Assembly (NCBI GenBank): GCA_977018835.1
Contig: OZ361257.1
Coordinates: 4,712,001-4,776,000, forward strand
From: Minutocellus sp. GHC0000111
Lineage: Eukaryota
DNA: 64,000 nucleotides
Direction of reading: 5' to 3'
Shown: in pieces, positions 1 through 13,708 of the stretch
Layout of the letters: every line of letters begins with the position of its first letter
Numbering within the stretch: the stretch's first letter is position 1
Position numbers and translations under genes: made by a program
Notes under the pieces: model-generated
What the model was told of the DNA's origin: nothing
Database searches by the model: none
Seen by the model: the letters and a program-made list of their open reading frames with translations, nothing else

Positions 1-3000
1 CCACAAAGATGCATGCTTTGGCTGCAGTGCAATCACAGGACACTGCTCACCACATGCATTCCTTGCTGCTCTCACATGGCAATGAAGGAACATAAGCTTT
101 GGTATAGATCAGGGTGCTCCTATGGTCAAACATGAGTTGCTCCAGTTAGGAGAGCACTGATTTTCCCAACGCTGCTGGCTGGCGACTCCCCAACCACCCA
201 CAAAGATGCATGCTTTGGCTGCAGTGCAATCACAGGACACTGCTCACCACATGCATTCCTTGCTGCTCTCACATGGCAATGAATTGAACTAAGCTTTGGC
301 AGAGATCAGGGCACTCCCATGGTCAAATGTGAGTTGCTCCAGTTAGTACAGCCCTAGTTTTCCCAACGCTGCTGGCGACACCCACACCACCCACAAAGAT
401 GCGTGCTTTGGCTGCAGTGCAATCACAGGACACTGCTCACCACATGCATTCCTTGCTGCTCTCACATGGCAATGAATGGAACATAAGCTTTGGTAGAGAT
501 CAGGGTGCTGCTATGGTCAAATGTGAGTTGCTCCAGTTTGGAGAGCACTGATTTTCCCAACGCTGCTGGCTGGCAACTCCCCAACAACCCACAAAGATGA
601 GTGCTTTGGCTGCAGTGCAATCACAGGACACTGCTCACCACATGCATTCCTTGCTGCTCTCACATGGCAATGAATGGAACATAAGCTTTGGTAGAGATCA
701 GGGTGCTCCCATGGTCAAATATGAGTTGCTCCAGTTTGAGAGCACTGATTTTCCCGACGCTGCTTGCTGGCGACTCCCCAACAACCCACAAAGATGAGTG
801 CTTTGGCTGCAGTGCAATCACAGGACACTGCTCACCACATGCATTCCTTGCTGCTCTCACATGGCAATGAATGGAACATAAGCTTTGGTAGAGATCAGGG
901 TGCTCCTATGGTCAAATGTGAGTTGCTCCAGTTAGGACAGCCCTAACTTTCCCAACGCTGCTGGCGACGCCCACACCACCCACAAATATGAGTGCTTTGG
1001 CTGCAGTGCAATCACAGGACACTGCTCACCACATGCATTCCTTGCTGCTCTCACATGGCAATGAATGGAACATAAGCTTTGGTAGAGATCAGGGTGCTCC
1101 TATGGTCAAATGTGAGTTGCTCCAGTTAGGACAGCCCTAACTTTCCCAACGCTGCTGGCGACGCCCACACCACCCACAAAGATGCGTGCTTTGGCTGCAG
1201 TGCAATCACAGGACACTGCTCACCACATGCATTCCTTGCTGCTCTCACATGGCAATGAATGGAACATAAGCTTTGGTAGAGATCAGGGTGCTCCTATTAT
1301 TGATGTGAGTTGCTCCAGTTAGGAGCGCCCTAGCTTTCCCAAAGCTGCTGGCGACGCCCACAAAGATGAGTGCTTTGGCTGCAGTGCAATCACTGGACAC
1401 TGCTCACCACATGCATTCCTTGCTGCTCTCACATGGCAATGAATGGAACATAAGCTTTGGTAGAGATCAGGGTGCTGCTATGGTCAAATGTGAGTTGCTC
1501 CAGTTTGGAGAGCACTGATTTTCCCGACGCTGCTTGCTGGCGACTCCCCAACAACCCACAAAGATGAGTGCTTTGGCTGCAGTGCAATCACAGGACACTG
1601 CTCACCACATGCATTCCTTGCTGCTCTCACATGGCAATGAATGGAACATAAGCTTTGGTAGAGATCAGGGTGCTCCTATGGTCAAATGTGAGTTGCTCCA
1701 GTTAGGAGCGCCCTAGTTTTCCCAACGCTGCTGGCGACGCCCACAAAGATGAGTGCTTTGGCTGCAGTGCAATCACTGGACACTGCTCACCACATGCATT
1801 CCTTGCTGCTCTCACATGGCAATGAAGGAACATAAGCTTTGGTAGAGATCAGGGTGCTCCTGTGGTGACAACTGAGTTGCTCCAGTTAGGAGCGCCCTAG
1901 TTTTCCCAATGCTGCTGGTGACGCCCACACCACCCACAAAGATGCATGCTTTGGCTGCAGTGCAATCACAGGACACTGCTCACCACATGCATTCCTTGCT
2001 GCTCTCACATGGCAATGAAGGAACATAAGCTTTGGTATAGATCAGGTTGCTTCTATGGTCAAATGTGATTTGCTCCAGTTAGGAGCGCCCTGGCTTTCCC
2101 AACGCTGCTGGCGACGCCCACACCACCCACAAAGATGCGTGCTTTGGCTGCAGTGCAATCACTGGACACTGCTCACCACATGCATTCCTTGCTGCTCTCA
2201 CATGGCAATGAATGGAAAATAAGCTTTGGTAGAGATCAGGGTGCTGCCATGGTCAAATATGAGTTGCTCCAGTTAGGAGCGCCCTAGCTTTCCCAACGCT
2301 GCTGGCGACGCCCACACCACCCACAAAGATGCGTGCTTTGGCTGCAGTGCAATCACAGGACACTGCTCACCACATGCATTCCTTGCTGCTCTCACATGGC
2401 AATGAATGGAACATAAGCTTTGGTAGAGATCAGGGTGCTTCTATGGTCAAATGTGAGTTGCTCCAGTTTGGAGAGCACTGATTTTCCCAACGCTGCTGGC
2501 TGGCGACTCCCCAACCACCCACAAAGATGCATGCTTTGGCTGCAGTGCAATCACAGGACACTGCTCACCACATGCATTCCTTGCTGCTCTCACATGGCAA
2601 TGAATTGAACTAAGCTTTGGCAGAGATCAGGGCACTCCCATGGTCAAATGTGAGTTGCTCCAGTTAGTACAGCCCTGGTTTCCCAACGCTGCTGGCGACA
2701 CCCACACCACCCACAAAGATGCGTGCTTTGGCTGCAGTGCAATCACAGGACACTGCTCACCACATGCATTCCTTGCTGCTCTCACATGGCAATGAATGGA
2801 ACATAAGCTTTGGTAGAGATCAGGGTGCTGCTATGGTCAAATGTGAGTTGCTCCAGTTTGGAGAGCACTGATTTTCCCAACGCTGCTGGCTGGCAACTCC
2901 CCAACAACCCACAAAGATGAGTGCTTTGGCTGCAGTGCAATCACAGGACACTGCTCACCACATGCATTCCTTGCTGCTCTCACATGGCAATGAATGGAAC

Positions 3001-6000
3001 ATAAGCTTTGGTAGAGATCAGGGTTCTCCTATGGTCAAACATGAATTGCTCCAGTTAGGAGCGCCCTAGATAGTTTGTCCAACGCTGCTGGCGACGCCCC
3101 CACCACCCACAAAGATGAGTGCTTTGGCTGCAGTGCAATCACAGGACACTGCTCAACACATGCATTCGTTGCTGATCTCACATGGCAATGAATGGAACAT
3201 AAGCTTTGGAAGAGATCAGGGTGCTGCTATGGTCAAACATGAATTGCTCCAGTTAGGAGCGCCCTAGATAGTTTGTCCAACGCTGCTGGCGACGCCCACA
3301 CCACCCACAAAGATGAGTGCTTTGGCTGCAGTGCAATCACAGGACACTGCTCAACACATGCATTCCTTGCTGCTCTCACATGGCAATGAATGGAACATAA
3401 GCTTTGGTAGAGATCAGGGTGCTCCTATGGTCAAATGTGAGTTGATCCAGTTAGGACAGCCCTAACTTTCCCAACGCTGCTGGCGACGCCCACACCACCC
3501 ACAAAGATGCGTGCTTTGGCTGCAGTGCAATCACAGGACACTGCTCACCACATGCATTCCTTGCTGCTCTCACATGGCAATGAATGGAACATAAGCTTTG
3601 GTAGAGATCAGGGTGCTTCTATGGTCAAATGTGAGTTGCTCCAGTTAGGAGCGCCCTGGCTTTCCCAACGCTGCTGGCGACGCCCACACCACCCACAAAG
3701 ATGCGTGCTTTGGCTGCAGTGCAATCACTGGACACTGCTCACCACATGCATTCCTTGCTGCTCTCACATGGCAATGAATGGAACATAAGCTTTGGTAGAG
3801 ATCAGGGTGCTGCCATGGTCAAATATGAGTTGCTCCAGTTAGGAGCGCCCTAGCTTTCCCAACGCTGCTGGCGACGCCCACACCACCCACAAAGATGCGT
3901 GCTTTGGCTGCAGTGCAATCACTGGACACTGCTCACCACATGCATTCGTTGCTGCTCTCACATGGCAATGAATGGAACACAAGCTTTGGTAGAGATAAGG
4001 GTGCTCCTGTGGTCAAACATGGGTTGCTCCAGCAAGCAGCGCCCTGATTTTCCCAACGCTGCTGGCGACGCCCACACCACCCACAAAGATGAGTGCTTTG
4101 GCTGCAGTGCAATCACTGGACACTGCTCACCACATGCATTCCTTGCTGCTCTCACATGGCAATGAATGGAACATAAGCTTTGGTAGATATCAGGGTGCTC
4201 CTATGGTCAAATGTGAGTTGCTCTAGTTAGGAGCGCCCTAGCTTTCCCAACGCTGCTGGTGACGCCCACAACACCCACAAAGATACGTGCTTTGGCTGCA
4301 GTGCAATCACAAGACACTGCTCACCACATGCATTTCTTGCTGCTCTCACATGGCAATGAATGGAACATAAGCTTTGGTAGAGATCAGGGTGCTTCTATGG
4401 TCAAACATGAGTTGCTCCAGTTAGGAGCGCCCTGGCTTTCCCAACGCTGCTGGCGACGCCCACACCACCCACAAAGATGCGTGCTTTGGCTGCAGTGCAA
4501 TCACAAGACACTGCTCACCACATGCATTCCTTGCTGCTCTCACATGGCAATGAGTGGAACATAAGCTTTGGTAGAGATCAGGGTGCTGCTATGGTCAAAT
4601 GTGAGTTGCTCCGGTTAGGAGCGCCCTAGCTTTCCCAACGCTGCTGGCGACGCCCACACCACCCACAAAGATGAGTGCTTTGGCCGAAGTACAATCACTG
4701 GACACTGCTCACCACATGCATTCCTTGCTGCTCTCACATGGCAATGAATGGAACAGAAGCTTTGGTAGAGATCAGGGTGCTGCCATGGTCAAATATGAGT
4801 TGCTCCAGTTAGGACAGCCCTAACTTCCCCAACGCTGCTGGCGACACCCACACCACCCACAAAGATGCGTGCTTTGGCTGCAGTGCAATCACAGGACACT
4901 GCTCAACACATGCATTCCTTGCTGCTCTCACATGGCAATTAATGGAACGTAAGCTTTGGTAGAGATCAGGGTGCTCCTATGGTCAAATGTGAGTTGCTCC
5001 AGTTAGGAGCGCCCTGGCTTTCCCAACGCTGCTGGCGACGCCCCCACCACCCACAAAGATGAGTGCTTTGGCTGCGGTGCAATCACTGGACACTGCTCAC
5101 CACATGCATTCCTTGCTGCTCTCACATGGCAATGAACGGAACATAAGCTTTGGTAGAGATCAGGGTGCTCCTAAGGTCAAATGTGAGTTGCTCCAGTTAG
5201 GAGCGCCCTGATTTTCCCAACGCTGCTGGCGACGCCCACACCACCCACAAAGATGAGTGCTTTGGCTGCAGTGCAATCACAGGACACTGCTCACCACATG
5301 CATTCCTTGCTGCTCTCACATGGCAATGAATGGAACACAAGCTTTGGTAGAGATCAGGGTGCTCCTATGGTCAAATGTGAATTGCCCCAGTTAGGAGCGC
5401 CCTAGTTGTCCAAACGCTTCTGCTGGCGATGCCCACGCCACCCAAAAAGATGAGTGCTTTGGCTGCAGTGCAATCACAGGACACTGCTCACCACATGCAT
5501 TTCTTGCTGCTCTCACATGGCAATGAATGGAACATAAGCTTTGGTAGAGATCAGGGTGCTCCTATGGTCAAATGTGAGTTGATCCAGTTAGGACAGCCCT
5601 AACTTTCCCAACGCTGCTGGCGACGCCCACACCACCCACAAAGATGCGTGCTTTGGCTGCAGTGCAATCACAGGACACTGCTCACCACATGCATTCCTTG
5701 CTGCTCTCACATGGCAATGAATGGAACATAAGCTTTGGTAGAGATCAGGGTGCTCCTATGGTCAAATGTGAGTTGATCCAGTTAGGACAGCCCTAACTTT
5801 CCCAACGCTGCTGGCGACGCCCACACCACCCACAAAGATGCGTGCTTTGGCTGCAGTGCAATCACAGGACACTGCTCACCACATGCATTCCTTGCTGCTC
5901 TCACATGGCAATGAATGGAACATAAGCTTTGGTAGAGATCAGGGTGCTCCTATTGTCAAATGTGAGTTGCTCCAGTTAGGAGCGACCCCTAGCTTTCCCA

Positions 6001-9000
6001 ACGCTGCTGAAGACACCCACACCACCCACAAAGATGCGTGCTTTGGCTGCAGTGCAATCACAGGACACTGCTCACCACATGCATTCCTTGCTGCTCTCAC
6101 ATGGCAATGAATGGAACATAAGCTTTGGTAGAGATCAGGGTGCTCCTATGGTCAAATGTGAGTTGCCCCAGTTAGGAGCGCCCTAGTTGTCCCAACGCTT
6201 CTGCTGGCGATGCCCACGCCACCCACGAAGATGAGTGCTTTGGCTGCAGTGCAATCACAGGACACTGCTCACCACATGCATTTCTTGCTGCTCTCACATG
6301 GCAATGAATGGAACATAAGCTTCCTGGCGACGCCAACACCACCCACAAAGATGAGTGCTTTGGCTGCAGTGCAATCACTGGACACTGCTCACCACATGCA
6401 TTCCTTGCTGCTCTCACATGGCAATGAATGGAACACAAGCTTTGGTAGAGATCAGGGTAATCCTGTGGTCAAACATGGGTTGCTCCAGCAAGCAGCGCCC
6501 TGATTTTCCCAACGCTGCTGGCGACGCCCACACCACCCACAAAGATGCGTGCTTTGGCTGCAGTGCAACCACAGGACACTGCTCACCACATGCATTCCTT
6601 GCTGCTCTCACATGGCAATGAATGGAACATAAGCTTTGGTAGATATCAGGGTGCTCCTATGGTCAAATGTGAGTTGCTCCAGTTAGGAGCGCCCTAGCTT
6701 TCCCAACGCTGCTGGTGACGCCCACACCACCCACAAAGATGCGTGCTTTGGCTGCAGTGCAATCACTGGACACTGCTCACCACATGCATTCCTTGCTGCT
6801 CTCACATGGCAATGAATGGAACATAAGCTTTGGTAGAGATCAGGGTGCTGCTATTGTCAAATGTGAGTTGCTCCGGTTAGGAGCGCCCTAGCTTTCCCAA
6901 CGCTGCTGGCGACACCCACACCACCCACAAAGATGCGTGCTTTGGCTGCAGTGCAATCACAGGACACTGCTCACCACATGCATTTCTTGCTGCTCTCACA
7001 TGGCAATGAATGGAACATAAGCTTTGGTAGAGATCAGGTTGCTGCTATTGTCAAATGTGAGTTGCTCCGGTTAGGAGCGCCCTAGTTGTCCCAACGCTGC
7101 TGCTGGCGATGCCCACGCCACCCACAAAGATGAGTACTTTGGCTGCAGTGCAATCACAGGACACTGCTCACCACATGCATTTCTTGCTGCTCTCACATGG
7201 CAATGAATGGAACATAAGCTTTGGTAGAGATCAGGGCACTCCTATGGTCAAACATGAGTTGCTCCAGTTAGGAGCGCCCTAGTTTTCCCAACGCTGCTGG
7301 CGACGCCCACACCACCCACAAAGATGCGTGCTCTGGCTGCAGTGCAACCACAGGACACTGCTCACCACATGCATTCCTTGCTGCTCTCACATGGCAATGA
7401 ATGGAACATAAGCTTTGGTAGAGATCAGGGTGCTGCCATGGTCAAATATGAGTTGCTCCAGTAAGGAGCGCCCTGCTTTTCCCAACGCTGCTGGCGACGC
7501 CCACACCACCCACAAAGATGAGTGCTTTGGCTGCAGTGCAATCACTGGACACTGCTCACCACATGCATTCCTTGCTGCTCTCACATGGCAATGAATGGAA
7601 CATAAGCTTTGGTAGAGATCAGGGTGCTGCTATGGTCAAACATGAATTGCTCCAGTTAGGAGCGCAATAGTTTTCCCAACGATGCTGGCGACGCCCACAC
7701 CACCCACAAAGATGAGTGCTTTGGCTGCAGTGCAATCACAGGACACTGCTCACCACATGCATTCCTTGCTGCTCTCACATGGCAATGAATGGAACATAAG
7801 CTTTGGTAGAGATCAGGGTGCTCCTATGGTCAAATGTGAGTTGATCCAGTTAGGACAGCCCTAACTTTCCCAACGCTGCTGGCGACGCCCACACCACCCA
7901 CAAAGATGCGTGCTTTGGCTGCAGTGCAATCACAGGACACTGCTCACCACATGCATTCCTTGCTGCTCTCACATGGCAATGAATGGAACATAAGCTTTGG
8001 TAGAGATCAGGGTGCTCCTATGGTCAAATGTGAGTTGCTCCAGTTAGGAGCGCCCTGGCTTTCCCAAAGCTGCTGGCGACGCCCACACCACCCACAAAGA
8101 TGCGTGCTTTGGCTGCAGTGCAATCACAGGACACTGCTCACCACATGCATTCCTTGCTGCTCTCACATGGCAATGAATGGAACATAAGCTTTGGAAGAGA
8201 TCAGGGTGCTGCTATGGTCAAACATGAATTGCTCCAGTTAGGAGCGCCCTAGATAGTTTGTCCAACGCTGCTGGCGACGCCCCCACCACCCACAAAGATG
8301 AGTGCTTTGGCTGCAGTGCAATCACAGGACACTGCTCAACACATGCATTCCTTGCTGCTCTCACATGGCAATTAATGGAACATAAGCTTTGGTAGAGATC
8401 AGGGTGCTTCTATGGTCAAATGTGAGTTGCTCCAGTTAGGAGCGCCCTGGCTTTCCCAACGCTGCTGGCGACGCCCACACCACCCACAAAGATGCGTGCT
8501 TTGGCTGCAGTGCAATCACTGGACACTGCTCACCACATGCATTCCTTGCTGCTCTCACATGGCAATGAATGGAACATAAGCTTTGGTAGAGATCAGGGTG
8601 CTGCCATGGTCAAATATGAGTTGCTCCAGTTAGGAGCGCCCTAGCTTTCCCAACGCTGCTGGCGACGCCCACACCACCCACAAAGATGCGTGCTTTGGCT
8701 GCAGTGCAATCACTGGACACTGCTCACCACATGCATTCGTTGCTGCTCTCACATGGCAATGAATGGAACACAAGCTTTGGTAGAGATAAGGGTGCTCCTA
8801 TGGTCAAACATGGGTTGCTCCAGCAAGCAGCGCCCTGATTTTCCCAACGCTGCTGGCGACGCCCACACCACCCACAAAGATGAGTGCTTTGGCTGCAGTG
8901 CAATCACTGGACACTGCTCACCACATGCATTCCTTGCTGCTCTCACATGGCAATGAATGGAACATAAGCTTTGGTAGATATGAGGGTGCTCCTATGGTCA

Positions 9001-11801
9001 AATGTGAGTTGCTCTAGTTAGGAGCGCCCTGCTTTTCCCAACGCTGCTGGCGACGCCCACACCACCCACAAAGATGAGTGCTTTGGCTGCAGTGCAATCA
9101 CAGGACACTGCTCACCACATGCATTCCTTGCTGCTCTCACATGGCAATGAATGGAACATAAGCTTTGGTAGAGATCAGGGTGCTGCTATGGTCAAACATG
9201 AATTGCTCCAGTTAGGAGCGCAATAGTTTTCCCAACGATGCTGGCGACGCCCACACCACCCACAAAGATGAGTGCTTTGGCTGCAGTGCAATCACAGGAC
9301 ACTGCTCACCACATGCATTCCTTGCTGCTCTCACATGGCAATGAATGGAACATAAGCTTTGGTAGAGATCAGGGTGCTCCTATGGTCAAACATGAATTGC
9401 TCCAGTTAGGAGCGCCCTAGATAGTTTGTCCAACGCTGCTGGCGACGCCCCCACCACCCACAAAGATGAGTGCTTTGGCTGCAGTGCAATCACAGGACAC
9501 TGCTCAACACATGCATTCGTTGCTGCTCTCACATGGCAATGAATGGAACATAAGCTTTGGAAGAGATCAGGGTGCTGCTATGGTCAAACATGAATTGCTC
9601 CAGTTAGGAGCGCCCAAGATAGTTTGTCCAACGCTGCTGGCGACGCCCCCACCACCCACAAAGATGAGTGCTTTGGCTGCAGTGCAATCACAGGACACTG
9701 CTCAACACATGCATTCCTTGCTGCTCTCACATGGCAATGAATGGAACATAAGCTTTGGTAGAGATCAGGGTGCTCCTATGGTCAAATGTGAGTTGATCCA
9801 GTTAGGACAGCCCTAACTTTCCCAACGCTGCTGGCGACGCCCACACCACCCACAAAGATGCGTGCTTTGGCTGCAGTGCAATCACAGGACACTGCTCACC
9901 ACATGCATTCCTTGCTGCTCTCACATGGCAATGAATGGAACATAAGCTTTGGTAGAGATCAGGGTGCTGCCATGGTCAAATATGAGTTGCTCCAGTTAGG
10001 AGCGCCCTAGCTTTCCCAACGCTGCTGGCGACGCCCACACCACCCACAAAGATGCGTGCTTTGGCTGCAGTGCAATCACTGGACACTGCTCACCACATGC
10101 ATTCGTTGCTGCTCTCACATGGCAATGAATGGAACACAAGCTTTGGTAGAGATAAGGGTGCTCCTGTGGTCAAACATGGGTTGCTCCAGCAAGCAGCGCC
10201 CTGATTTTCCCAACGCTGCTGGCGACGCCCACACCACCCACAAAGATGAGTGCTTTGGCTGCAGTGCAATCACTGGACACTACTCACCACATGCATTCCT
10301 TGCTGCTCTCACATGGCAATGAATGGAACATAAGCTTTGGTAGATATCAGGGTGCTCCTATGGTCAAATGTGAGTTGCTCTAGTTAGGAGCGCCCTGCTT
10401 TTCCCAACGCTGCTGGCGACGCCCACACCACCCACAAAGATGAGTGCTTTGGCTGCAGTGCAATCACAGGACACTGCTCACCACATGCATTCCTTGCTGC
10501 TCTCACATGGCAATGAATGGAACATAAGCTTTGGAAGAGATCAGGGTGCTGCTATGGTCAAACATGAATTGCTCCAGTTAGGAGCGCCCTAGATAGTTTG
10601 TCCAACGCTGCTGGCGACGCCCCCACCACCCACAAAGATGAGTGCTTTGGCTGCAGTGCAATCACAGGACACTGCTCACCACATGCATTTCTTGCTGCTC
10701 TCACATGGCAATGAATGGAACACAAGCTTTGGTAGAGATCAGGGTGCTCCTGTGGTCAAACATGGGTTGCTCCAGCAAGCAGCGCCCTGATTTTCCCAAC
10801 GCTGCTGGCGACGCCCACACCACCCACAAAGATGCGTGCTTTGGCTGCAGTGCAACCACAGGACACTGCTCACCACATGCATTCCTTGCTGCTCTCACAT
10901 GGCAATGAATGGAACATAAGCTTTGGTAGATATCAGGGTGCTCCTATGGTCAAATGTGAGTTGCTCCAGTTAGGAGCGCCCTAGCTTTCCCAACGCTGCT
11001 GGTGACGCCCACACCACCCACAAAGATGCGTGCTTTGGCTGCAGTGCAATCACTGGACACTGCTCACCACATGCATTCCTTGCTGCTCTCACATGGCAAT
11101 GAATGGAACATAAGCTTTGGTAGAGATCAGGGTGCTGCTATTGTCAAATGTGAGTTGCTCCGGTTAGGAGCGCCCTAGCTTTCCCAACGCTGCTGGCGAC
11201 ACCCACACCACACACAAAGATGCGTGCTTTGGCTGCAGTGCAACCACAGGACACTGCTCACCACATGCATTCCTTGCTGCTCTCACATGGCAATGAATGG
11301 AACACAAGCTTTGGTAGAGATCAGGGTGCTCCTGTGGTCAAACATGGGTTGCTCCAGCAAGCAGCGCCCTGATTTTCCCAACGCTGCTGGCGACGCCCAC
11401 ACCACCCACAAAGATGCGTGCTTTGGCTGCAGTGCAACCACAGGACACTGCTCACCACATGCATTCCTTGCTGCTCTCACATGGCAATGAATGGAACATA
11501 AGCTTTGGTAGATATCAGGGTGCTCCTATGGTCAAATGTGAGTTGCTCCAGTTAGGAGCGCCCTAGCTTTCCCAACGCTGCTGGCGACGCCCACACCACC
11601 CACAAAGATGCGTGCTTTGGCTGCAGTGCAATCACTGGACACTGCTCACCACATGCATTCCTTGCTGCTCTCACATGGCAATGAATGGAACATAAGCTTT
11701 GGTAGAGATCAGGGTGCTCCTATGGTCAAATGTGAGTTGCTCCAGTTAGGAGCGCCCTGGCTTTCCCAACGCTGCTGGCGACGCCCACACCACCCACAAA
11801 G

Positions 11802-13300
11802 ATGCGTGCTTTGGCTGCAGTGCAATCACAGGACACTGCTCACCACATGCATTCCTTGCTGCTCTCACATGGCAATGAATGGAACATAAGCTTTGGTAGA
11901 GATCAGGGTGCTCCTATGGTCAAATGTGAGTTGCTCCAGTTAGGAGCGCCCTGGCTTTCCCAACGCTGCTGGCGACGCCCACACCACCCACAAAGATGAG
12001 TGCTTTGGCTGCAGTGCAATCACAGGACACTGCTCACCACATGCATTTCTTGCTGCTCTCACATGGCAATGAATGGAACATAAGCTTCCTGGCGACGCCA
12101 ACACCACCCACAAAGATGCGTGCTTTGGCTGCAGTGCAATCACAGGACACTGCTCACCACATGCATTCCTTGCTGCTCTCACATGGCAATGAATGGAACA
12201 CAAGCTTTGGTAGAGATCAGGGTGCTCCTGTGGTCAAACATGGGTTGCTCCAGCAAGCAGCGCCCTGATTTTCCCAACGCTGCTGGCGACGCCCACACCA
12301 CCCACAAAGATGCGTGCTTTGGCTGCAGTGCAACCACAGGACACTGCTCACCACATGCATTCCTTGCTGCTCTCACATGGCAATGAATGGAACATAAGCT
12401 TTGGTAGATATCAGGGTGCTCCTATGGTCAAATGTGAGTTGCTCCAGTTAGGAGCGCCCTAGCTTTCCCAACGCTGCTGGTGACGCCCACACCACCCACA
12501 AAGATGCGTGCTTTGGCTGCAGTGCAATCACAGGACACTGCTCACCACATGCATTCCTTGCTGCTCTCACATGGCAATGAATGGAACATAAGCTTTGGTA
12601 GAGATCAGGGTGCTGCTATTGTCAAATGTGAGTTGCTCCGGTTAGGAGCGCCCTAGCTTTCCCAACGCTGCTGGCGACACCCACACCACCCACAAAGATG
12701 CGTGCTTTGGCTGCAGTGCAATCACAGGACACTGCTCACCACATGCATTCCTTGCTGCTCTCACATGGCAATGAATGGAACATAAGCTTTGGTAGAGATC
12801 AGGGTGCTCCTATGGTCAAATGTGAGTTGCTCCAGTTAGGAGCGCCCTGGCTTTCCCAACGCTGCTGGCGACGCCCACACCACCCACAAAGATGAGTGCT
12901 TTGGCTGCAGTGCAATCACAGGACACTGCTCACCACATGCATTTCTTGCTGCTCTCACATGGCAATGAATGGAACATAAGCTTCCTGGCGACGCCAACAC
13001 CACCCACAAAGATGCGTGCTTTGGCTGCAGTGCAATCACAGGACACTGCTCACCACATGCATTCCTTGCTGCTCTCACATGGCAATGAATGGAACACAAG
13101 CTTTGGTAGAGATCAGGGTGCTCCTGTGGTCAAACATGGGTTGCTCCAGCAAGCAGCGCCCTGATTTTCCCAACGCTGCTGGCGACGCCCACACCACCCA
13201 CAAAGATGCGTGCTTTGGCTGCAGTGCAACCACAGGACACTGCTCACCACATGCATTCCTTGCTGCTCTCACATGGCAATGAATGGAACATAAGCTTTGG
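11802..13300. repeat. Local 896-bp (4x194 + 120) 5-monomer tandem duplication
   Basis: Offsets 11802/12698, 11996/12892 and 12120/13016; each copy carries the 120-bp deletion monomer. Confidence 0.8.
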
Positions 13301-13708
13301 TAGAGATCAGGTTGCTGCTATTGTCAAATGTGAGTTGCTCCGGTTAGGAGCGCCCTAGTTGTCCCAACGCTGCTGCTGGCGATGCCCACGCCACCCACAA
13401 AGATGAGTGCTTTGGCTGCAGTGCAATCACAGGACACTGCTCACCACATGCATTTCTTGCTGCTCTCACATGGCAATGAATGGAACATAAGCTTTGGTAG
13501 AGATCAGGGCACTCCTATGGTCAAACATGAGTTGCTCCAGTTAGGAGCGCCCTAGTTTTCCCAACGCTGCTGGCGACGCCCACACCACCCACAAAGATGC
13601 GTGCTCTGGCTGCAGTGCAACCACTGGACACTGCTCACCACATGCATTCCTTGCTGCTCTCACATGGCAATGAATGGAACATAAGCTTTGGTAGAGATCA
13701 GGGTGCTG

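Noticed and set aside
1..194. Satellite derived from tRNA, 5S rRNA or the LTR
   Set aside because: I see no A/B boxes, cloverleaf or 5S similarity, and no similarity to the 196-bp LTR or the internal region.
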